This document shows positions 25,283 through 31,881 of a stretch of DNA of 45,594 nt, one piece after another (the first letter of the stretch is position 1; every line of letters begins with the position of its first letter). The notes under the pieces were generated by a model. It was not told the DNA's origin and did not search any database. It saw nothing but the letters and a program-made list of their open reading frames with translations. The position numbers were made by a program, and so were the translations under genes. The DNA is from Sphingobacterium sp. (lineage in GTDB: Bacteria > Bacteroidota > Bacteroidia > SpSt-205): positions 1 through 45,594 of the forward strand of contig JAPYWM010000001.1 in the NCBI GenBank assembly GCA_028276345.1, in the 5' to 3' direction.

Positions 25283-26645
25283 GGAGGAGGTAGAAAAAAA
25301 CCCGGCCTTAGAAGCAGAAGACCTTGACGACCCTACCGCTGACGGCCTACAGGTAGAACTGCCCGGGCGCATGCTTACCGCCGCTAAGACACCCACTGCT
25401 GCCGAAGAAAACGAGAACTCCGACTGGAATGCCCAAGACGGCTACCGAGAGCCTAAGGTCGCCCTGGAAGAGTCCGAGGATTTTTATGGGCCGTTTAACT
25501 TTAGGACTACGCAGAGCTTGTATGAGTCGCTTATAGAGCAGTTGGCACCTTTTGAGTTGCAAGATTGGGAGCGAGAAGTGGTGGAGTTTATTATTTACAA
25601 TCTCACGCCGGCGGGGCTTTTATCGGTGCCGCTGGAAAAGCTGGCGCGGCAATATGCGTATCAAGTGGGTCGGGAGGTGCCGCTTTCGGAGTGGGAGCGG
25701 CTTTTAGGGCAGGTCGTACACAAGCTGGAGCCGCCCGGTGTGGGCGCCCGCAACCTCCTTGAAGCCTTTCGCCTGCAAATAGAAGCGCTGGATCCGCAGG
25801 AAGAGCCCCTCAAACCCCTTCTGCACAAGCTAGTTACCGAGCATGGCGAAGCCCTGGAAAAAGGCCAGTGGGAGCGCATTAAGCGGCGCATGGCCTTGGA
25901 TGAGGCTACCTGGAAGGCCCTCATACGTCGGCTTGCTGCGTTGGACCCGCGCCCCGGTCTCTCTGCTGACGAAGCCGTCGCCCCAGCCATCTCCCCGGAC
26001 TTTATCCTCCACTTTCGGGAGGACGGAGCCTTCCAGGTCGAGGTTGTCTATTACCGTCCCCGCCGCCTGCGCATCCGCCGCCAATACTTAGAACTCTTAG
26101 AAAAATTGGCCCGCCAGAGAGAACCCGAACTTCGCGAAACCTACGAGGAGATCAAAAAACGCGTAGAAGCCGCTAAGCAGTTTATGGAGCACCTCCAGCA
26201 GCGGGAGAGGACCCTCCGTCTTACCGTGGAGGAGATTGTGCGGCAGCAGAAGGCCTTTTTCCTTAATGGCTGCGATGAGAAATACTTGCGCCCCATGATC
26301 CTGGAAGATGTCGCCAATGCGGTGGGGTTAGATATCTCCACGGTGAGCCGGGTGGCTCATAGCAAGTACATACAGACGCCCTGTGGTATCTATCCGCTCA
26401 AGTTCTTTTTCTCGGAGGGGGTGCGTGCCGCCGATGGGGGCGAGGTGGCTAATAAAGCCGTATGGCGGCATATTCGGGAGCTGATTGAAGGGGAGGACCC
26501 CGAGAATCCCTACTCAGATGAAGCCCTGGTGAAGCTTCTGCAGGAGCGGGGGATTGAGATTCGTCGGCGGACGGTGGCCAAGTATCGGCATCAGCTTGGT
26601 ATCCCCACCGCTGCTGAACGTCGCCAGCGCTACAAGCTCCGATAA
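25161..26645 (+). CDS. rpoN: RNA polymerase sigma-54 factor
   Basis: Gln/Leu-rich region I (MDHLRQSLSQRQTLRQVQNLRQIQVARLLELP...EKNPALE) and the C-terminal RpoN box RRRTVAKYRHQLGIP. Confidence 0.9.
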   Translation: MDHLRQSLSQRQTLRQVQNLRQIQVARLLELPAQDLDQHIEEEVEKNPALEAEDLDDPTADGLQVELPGRMLTAAKTPTAAEENENSDWNAQDGYREPKVALEESEDFYGPFNFRTTQSLYESLIEQLAPFELQDWEREVVEFIIYNLTPAGLLSVPLEKLARQYAYQVGREVPLSEWERLLGQVVHKLEPPGVGARNLLEAFRLQIEALDPQEEPLKPLLHKLVTEHGEALEKGQWERIKRRMALDEATWKALIRRLAALDPRPGLSADEAVAPAISPDFILHFREDGAFQVEVVYYRPRRLRIRRQYLELLEKLARQREPELRETYEEIKKRVEAAKQFMEHLQQRERTLRLTVEEIVRQQKAFFLNGCDEKYLRPMILEDVANAVGLDISTVSRVAHSKYIQTPCGIYPLKFFFSEGVRAADGGEVANKAVWRHIRELIEGEDPENPYSDEALVKLLQERGIEIRRRTVAKYRHQLGIPTAAERRQRYKLR

Positions 26646-26658
26646 GCCCAACCCGCGT

Positions 26659-26666
26659 TATCTTTG
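26659..26666 (+). promoter_or_regulatory. -7 box TATCTTTG, 6 nt upstream of the FHA-gene ATG
   Basis: Exact TAnnTTTG match in the 27-nt rpoN-FHA spacer. The ORF-track TTG start (26664) lies inside it. Confidence 0.5.
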
Positions 26667-26672
26667 CTGGGT

Positions 26673-27107
26673 ATGGCAAAAGGTAGCTCCCCTATTCCCA
26701 AGCGGTCCCTGCTGATTGGGCGGTCTTCCGCCTGCGATGTGGTTATCGATCATCCAGAGGTTTCCGGCCGTCATGCCATCCTCTCTATCACCCCAGATGG
26801 TGTGTATGAAATCCAGGATATCGGCTCAAAAAACGGCATTTACGTCAATGGTGAGCGCGTCATCAAAAAAGCCCTTCAGGAGGGAGACAAAGTCCTGCTG
26901 GGGTCTTATGAGCTGGACTGGCTCACCATTCTGAAAAATCCTCCTGCCTCTACTGGTGGCAGCGATAGCCCCACCCGGGTCACCCGAGTGCCTTTCCAAG
27001 GGAAGAATGTGCTCCGCACGGTTCTCTTTGTCATAGCGGCCGTGGTGGCGGTCTTTTTGCTATTGTGGTTTGTAGTGCGCCCTTTCATGCCCGGCTTAGC
27101 TGAATGA
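26673..27107 (+). CDS. FHA domain protein with a C-terminal transmembrane anchor
   Basis: LLIGRSSACDVVIDHPEVSGRHAIL and DIGSKNGIYVNGERV are the FHA core motifs. C-terminal hydrophobic helix VLRTVLFVIAAVVAVFLLLWFVV. Confidence 0.8.
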   Translation: MAKGSSPIPKRSLLIGRSSACDVVIDHPEVSGRHAILSITPDGVYEIQDIGSKNGIYVNGERVIKKALQEGDKVLLGSYELDWLTILKNPPASTGGSDSPTRVTRVPFQGKNVLRTVLFVIAAVVAVFLLLWFVVRPFMPGLAE

Positions 27108-28480
27108 GTGTGAAAGCCGAGCCTCTGACACCCCAGGCTCTCTGGGAGAAGTGCTTGCACGTTTTGCGAGAAAATGTCGGCACGGCTACTGTGACAGTGC
27201 TTTTTCAGGCCGTACAGCCCCTCTCCATCAAAGAGGATGTCTTTACCATTCGGGTACCCAGCCAGTTTTTTTATGAGTATATTGAGGAGCACTTTTCCCG
27301 GCTGATTGTGCAGACGCTCCGGCGGCATTTAGGGCCTAAAGCTCGCCTCGAATACGAAGTTCTTACCACACTGGATGTGCCCACCAATCTCCCTTCGCAA
27401 ACCGGGCCGTCCCCCACTATCCTGCCGGGTCTGCGGCCCCGGCAGAGTTTGCCCACTAACCTCAACCCTAAATACACCTTTGACAACTTCATTCCCGGCA
27501 CCTGCAATCAACTGGCCCGCAGCGCAGGCATGACGGTAGCCCAGCGCCCCGGACAGACGGCTTTCAACCCCCTCTTCATCTACGGCGAAGTCGGCCAGGG
27601 CAAAACCCACCTTGCGCACGCTATCGGCAACTACGCCCGCCTCCTCCACCCCGACAAGATCATCACCTACCTGGACGCCGACCGCTTCACCCAGCACTAC
27701 GTGGATGCCGTCCGCTCTAAACAAATCAGCACCTTTCTCAGCCGATTTGAAAATGTAGACATCTTTATCCTGGATGACATCCAGTTTCTCATCGGCCGGG
27801 AATCCACTCAGGATATTTTCTTTCACGTTTTCAAGAGCTTGCATGAAGCTGGCCGGCAATTGGTGATTACAGCGGATGCGCCGCCGCAGGAGCTGCGTGG
27901 TCTGGCGGAACGTATCACTTCCCGCTTCTCCTGGGGCTTGGCCGCCCAGCTCCTGCCCCCCGACTACGAAACCCGCCTCCAGATCCTCCAGTATAAAACC
28001 CGTCAGGAAGGCTTGGACATTCCTGAAAACCTCCTCCAATACATCGCTGAGCATATCCAGTCCCATGTGCGCGACCTGGAAGGTGTCCTCATCCAGCTCA
28101 TGGCCGAAGCCTCCATCAACCGCCGGGAGATTAACCTCGCGCTCGCCCAGGAAGTGATCCAGCGCTTCCAGCCCTATCGCAGCCGGGCCGTCACGATCGA
28201 GCAAATCATCCAGGCTACCTCTGACTACTTCCGCATTCACCCCGAAGAGCTGCGTGGTAAGTCCCGCCGCAAAGAAATCGCCTACGCCCGCCACATTGCC
28301 ATCTACCTCAGCCGTAAGCATACCCACCACGCCCTTAAAGCTATCGGAGAACGCTTCGGCGGGCGCGACCACTCCACCATCCTCCACAGCCTCGAGTGGG
28401 TAGAAAGCTACCTCCACACCAACCGCGACCTGCAAAAACATGTCCAGGAGCTGGAACGAATCCTTTTTAAGGGCGCTTAG
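27104..28480 (+). CDS. dnaA: Chromosomal replication initiator protein DnaA
   Basis: Walker [11 protein letters not shown], Walker B FILDDIQF, and a domain IV with HSTILHS-type helix. ATGA overlap with the FHA gene. Confidence 0.95.
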   Translation: MSVKAEPLTPQALWEKCLHVLRENVGTATVTVLFQAVQPLSIKEDVFTIRVPSQFFYEYIEEHFSRLIVQTLRRHLGPKARLEYEVLTTLDVPTNLPSQTGPSPTILPGLRPRQSLPTNLNPKYTFDNFIPGTCNQLARSAGMTVAQRPGQTAFNPLFIYGEVGQGKTHLAHAIGNYARLLHPDKIITYLDADRFTQHYVDAVRSKQISTFLSRFENVDIFILDDIQFLIGRESTQDIFFHVFKSLHEAGRQLVITADAPPQELRGLAERITSRFSWGLAAQLLPPDYETRLQILQYKTRQEGLDIPENLLQYIAEHIQSHVRDLEGVLIQLMAEASINRREINLALAQEVIQRFQPYRSRAVTIEQIIQATSDYFRIHPEELRGKSRRKEIAYARHIAIYLSRKHTHHALKAIGERFGGRDHSTILHSLEWVESYLHTNRDLQKHVQELERILFKGA

Positions 28481-28919
28481 CGCATGGGGTAGCCTCACCG
28501 GCACACCGCCCACTTACACCCTTCATCTCCCCGATCCTGCCCAGTGGCCCACCCTCGCCACCTTCCTCAAATACGAAGGCGATGTAGATACGCTGCTCCT
28601 CATCACCGCTACCCATGCCCCCCCCAACTACCTACTGCGCTATGATCTGCGCAGTCTACCCCACCTCACCGATATAGCCGTTCTTTTTTCTATCCCAGAG
28701 ACGGAGGCGGTTCCCTCCGCAGCGGCGGTTTGGCCAGCGGCGCTTTGGCACGAGCGAGAAGCCTACGACCTGGTGGGCGTGCGCTTCGCTGGGCATCCTA
28801 ACCTGCGCCGCATCCTCCTGCCCGAAGACTGGGAAGGCCATCCGCTAAGGCAGGACTATACATTCCCCGCCAGCTACCACGACATCCCGCTCACCTTTAC
28901 GCCCCCATCTCTGGAATAA
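28440..28919 (+). CDS. nuoC: NADH-quinone oxidoreductase subunit C
   Basis: [43 protein letters not shown] is the NuoC/30-kDa subunit signature. The start is uncertain; the ATG at 28440 overlaps dnaA by 41 nt. Confidence 0.8.
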   Translation: MSRSWNESFLRALSAWGSLTGTPPTYTLHLPDPAQWPTLATFLKYEGDVDTLLLITATHAPPNYLLRYDLRSLPHLTDIAVLFSIPETEAVPSAAAVWPAALWHEREAYDLVGVRFAGHPNLRRILLPEDWEGHPLRQDYTFPASYHDIPLTFTPPSLE

Positions 28920-28925
28920 ACCGGC

Positions 28926-29663
28926 ATGCCACAGCGCTATGATCAGCACTTCCTCCGAGATGAAAACATCGCCCGCGCTATCGCTGGGGCCGCCTGCCCC
29001 CAGCCCGATGAGGTTCTGCTGGAAATCGGCCCTGGCCCAGGTATCCTCTCTAAGTACCTTGTACAGCGGCCTAACCCCCTCATTGGCATAGAGATAGACC
29101 CCCAGTATCATCAGAAGCTCGTGGAAACCTACCCACAGGCCACTTGGATTCTGGGCGATGCGCTGGAAGTCTTCTGGCCTGAGGTGCCCTTGTACCTCGT
29201 GAGCAACCTCCCCTATAGCATTACTGGGCCGTTTCTGATGCGGGTTTTGGAACATCGGGCGTGGATACGGGGTGGTGTGCTCATGCTACAAAAGGAGGTC
29301 GCCCAGCGCCTGTATGCCCGGCCGGGCGAAAGGCAATTTGGGCGGTTATCGGCGCTCTTTCAGGTGGTGTATCAGGTGGAGCGGCTGCGTACGGTGCGAC
29401 CGGGAAGCTTCTCCCCACCGCCTAAGGTGCTCAGTGAAGTGATTCGTTTTACCCGCTTGCCGCAAATCCCGCTAAAAGACTGGCCTTCTTTTGCTGCCAT
29501 TGTGCGGGCGGCTTTTCGTCAGCCGCGCCAGACCCTCAGCCGAAACCTCCGCAGTGCTGGTTTCTCCTGTCCACCGCACCTTGCCACCCGCCGACCCCAC
29601 GAAATTCCCCTCCCAGAACTCATAGCTTTGTGGCGATGGCTTTCGGACCCTATCAGGTCATAG
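28926..29663 (+). CDS. rsmA: 16S rRNA (adenine1518/1519-N6)-dimethyltransferase
   Basis: YDQHFLRDENI and the LLEIGPGPGILS SAM-binding motif, plus NLPYSITGP. Confidence 0.9.
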   Translation: MPQRYDQHFLRDENIARAIAGAACPQPDEVLLEIGPGPGILSKYLVQRPNPLIGIEIDPQYHQKLVETYPQATWILGDALEVFWPEVPLYLVSNLPYSITGPFLMRVLEHRAWIRGGVLMLQKEVAQRLYARPGERQFGRLSALFQVVYQVERLRTVRPGSFSPPPKVLSEVIRFTRLPQIPLKDWPSFAAIVRAAFRQPRQTLSRNLRSAGFSCPPHLATRRPHEIPLPELIALWRWLSDPIRS

Positions 29664-30802
29664 ACCCTACCTCGCCCTGGCATGAAAAAGTCGTCTACTT
29701 AGAGGTAGAGGAGGGCCTCTTGCGAGGGGTGGAGCCGGTTTCAGAGCAGCCCCGGGGCTATGTGATTCCGGGGGGAGTAGACCTCCTCGCTTGGACGCGC
29801 TGGCCCGATGACCCCCGCGCCGAAACCCTCACAGCCCTCTCAGCACGCCTTCAGCAGGCAGGCTATACCGAAGCGCTCGTAGCCTCTCCGATCGGCTGGA
29901 GCGATCCCGACGTGATAGCCACCCTCCTGGCCGAAGCCCAAAGCGCTCCCATCTCCCTCCACCTTCTGGCAAGCTTCTGGGCGGGGGACCACATAGCTCC
30001 GCTGGAAAGTCTCCGAGCAGCCGGCGCCTGGGGCTGGACGCTGCCGCTCCTCGCGCCTATCCCGTGGAAAGGCCTGCTGGAAGCGCTAAGCTACCTCCGC
30101 TATTTAGGTGGGCCGGTGTTCATAGTGCCTTTCTGGGAGGCGATAGCCGAAGAGGATGGTGTCCCGCAAATCCCCCTTCTCGCCCTCTCGGGCTGGCGGG
30201 GCACCCCGCCTATGGCCGAAACGCTCGCCATCCGCCTTTTAGCGGAGAGTCATCGCCGGGCCGCCGGTACCCTTCTCATCGGCCCCCTCACCACCCGCCA
30301 GGGCCTAAAAGCAGCCCGTGAAGAAAACCTTACGGCTTTTACGGCTCTGCCGTATCTGCTCTTTTCTGCGGAGCGGCTCCTCTCCTACGACCCCACCTGG
30401 AAAGTCCATCCCCCGCTGCAGGAGCCTGCCGACCAGAAAGCCCTTTGGACAGCCATCCGGAAAGGGGAGCTTCTTCTGATTGCCTCCTATCATGAGCGCC
30501 TTCCACCCGAGGAAAAGGACCATCCCTGGGCTGATGCGGCGCCGGGCATAGCCACCCTTCCCGAAGGCCCTGCCTTGTTTTTCTCTCTCGTGGAGCAGTG
30601 GGGTCTTTCGCTTACGCAGGCGGTCGTGGCCTGGGGTATTTTCCCCCGGCAAAGGCTGGGTCTACCCCTACCTGAGCTAAAAGTAGGTACCCCTATCAGG
30701 CATGTCCTTTTAGAGCCGCTCCCATCTACCCATTTACAGCATGCCGTAGCAGTGCGCTACACCCTGCGCCCCCTCCCCGCCACGCCTTCTCAGAATACCT
30801 AA
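29636..30802 (+). CDS. Dihydroorotase-like amidohydrolase-fold protein, probably non-catalytic
   Basis: The layout is DHOase-like (VIPGGVDLLAW... IASYHERLPPEEK...APGIATLPEG). However, the HxH metal motif reads LLAW, and the SDHAPH-type Asp region reads SYHERL. Confidence 0.5.
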   Translation: MAFGPYQVIDPTSPWHEKVVYLEVEEGLLRGVEPVSEQPRGYVIPGGVDLLAWTRWPDDPRAETLTALSARLQQAGYTEALVASPIGWSDPDVIATLLAEAQSAPISLHLLASFWAGDHIAPLESLRAAGAWGWTLPLLAPIPWKGLLEALSYLRYLGGPVFIVPFWEAIAEEDGVPQIPLLALSGWRGTPPMAETLAIRLLAESHRRAAGTLLIGPLTTRQGLKAAREENLTAFTALPYLLFSAERLLSYDPTWKVHPPLQEPADQKALWTAIRKGELLLIASYHERLPPEEKDHPWADAAPGIATLPEGPALFFSLVEQWGLSLTQAVVAWGIFPRQRLGLPLPELKVGTPIRHVLLEPLPSTHLQHAVAVRYTLRPLPATPSQNT

Positions 30803-30859
30803 CGCACTTTGCTATTCGGAAGCGGGCGATTCCCCCTCTTGCGGATTTCGGAAATGGCG

Positions 30860-30867
30860 TATATTTG
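30860..30867 (+). promoter_or_regulatory. -7 box TATATTTG, with a TTG -33-like element at 30839..30841 (18-nt spacer)
   Basis: Exact TAnnTTTG match, 7 nt upstream of the ATG at 30875. Confidence 0.55.
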
Positions 30868-30874
30868 CTCTGAT

Positions 30875-31777
30875 ATGCGGTACGTAGTACTATCCCTAAT
30901 CGGAGCTGCCCTCGTGTATGGGCAGTGTAATCAGTGTACGCCAGATGCGAATAATAGCCCGACCCCTTATGGGTTTAGGCCTGATCCTCTCTGGCTGCCC
31001 CCTGGCAGAGACACCAGTCTAACGATCTATTTCACCTTCCCGGACCAAGCCCAGCAAGGGTCTTTTACTGTTTATCCTAACTACGCCATCTGGGTAGACT
31101 CGCTGAGGCTGGATCAGGGGCTGATTACAGATCAAAGCGGTAATCCTTTTGCGTATAATGTTTCCGACCCGTCGGCAGGGCCTATCATATTTGACCAGCT
31201 CCATCGCTACAAGCAGTGGGGGAGTGGGGCGACGGATTATGCGAACTTTGTCGTTTATCAGAATCCAGGCACGTCGGCAGGCCCGGCGGGGCAGACGCCA
31301 CCCATCGGATGCGCCCGTGTCTGCATTCGCACCTCCGCTACCGAAGGTAGCGATACGCTTCGGGTAAAAGTTCGGGCTTTCATTCCGGCTCTCAGTGACG
31401 CAGATAATAAAGATACGACTAACCTCAGACCCGTTCTCTTAGGGAATAATGCCTGGCTCGATACGACATTTCGGTATGCTGTGGTTATCTCATCAGCGCC
31501 TGCCTCGCTCGGTCGTGGGATGAGCGCTATGTATGCCTTTCGTCCTGTGAGCAATCCTGCCTACCGAGAGGCTGTCGTGACTTATACGTTACATCAGCCG
31601 ATGGCTGTGCGTCTACGGGCTTACACGCTGGATGGCCGGGAAGTGCTCCTCCGGGACTTAGGCCTCCAGCCGGCTGGCACCTTCCAGGAAACGCTGAACC
31701 TGCCGGCAGGACAGTACTTCCTCCGCTTAGAGACGCCATACGGCCTCTCCGCTACTCGTCTGACCGTGATAGAGTAA
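30875..31777 (+). CDS. Secreted protein of unknown function with a T9SS type A C-terminal sorting domain
   Basis: Signal peptide MRYVVLSLIGAALVYGQ. The C-terminal roughly 80 aa (VSNPAYREAVVTYTL...LPAGQYFLRLETPYGLSATRLTVIE) fit the Por_Secre_tail pattern. Confidence 0.7.
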   Translation: MRYVVLSLIGAALVYGQCNQCTPDANNSPTPYGFRPDPLWLPPGRDTSLTIYFTFPDQAQQGSFTVYPNYAIWVDSLRLDQGLITDQSGNPFAYNVSDPSAGPIIFDQLHRYKQWGSGATDYANFVVYQNPGTSAGPAGQTPPIGCARVCIRTSATEGSDTLRVKVRAFIPALSDADNKDTTNLRPVLLGNNAWLDTTFRYAVVISSAPASLGRGMSAMYAFRPVSNPAYREAVVTYTLHQPMAVRLRAYTLDGREVLLRDLGLQPAGTFQETLNLPAGQYFLRLETPYGLSATRLTVIE

Positions 31778-31806
31778 AGGCGGCATTTTGTCAGAGAGAA
31801 TTCTGT

Positions 31807-31847
31807 GCGGGGCCTGTCAGGAGGCAGGCCCCGCCTGCGTTATTTTT
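31807..31847 (+). terminator. Rho-independent terminator
   Basis: 10-bp stem GCGGGGCCTG/CAGGCCCCGC with an 8-nt loop, followed by CTGCGTTATTTTT. Confidence 0.65.
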
Positions 31848-31861
31848 CTGACGCGCTGTCG

Positions 31862-31869
31862 TACTTTTG
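31862..31869 (+). promoter_or_regulatory. -7 box TACTTTTG upstream of the ccmF-like gene
   Basis: Exact TAnnTTTG match. The ORF-track TTG start (31867) lies inside it. Confidence 0.45.
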
Positions 31870-31881
31870 TTTGAGGACGTG

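Noticed and set aside
27329-28513. A 394-aa ORF antisense to the whole of dnaA. Similar long antisense ORFs are 42599..43618 (339 aa, opposite the T9SS cargo), 21304..21996 (opposite nuoD), 23481..24344 (opposite the DUF1460 gene), 951..1499 (opposite the AAA ATPase) and 11607..12164 (opposite crtB).
   Set aside because: I checked the phase of each. All are in the codon-aligned antisense frame, where an antisense stop requires the sense codons TTA, CTA or TCA. Those codons are rare in a genome of about 60% GC, so long open frames arise automatically. Their products are low-complexity (G/V/E/A/R-rich) with no family motifs, while the sense-strand genes carry strong signatures.
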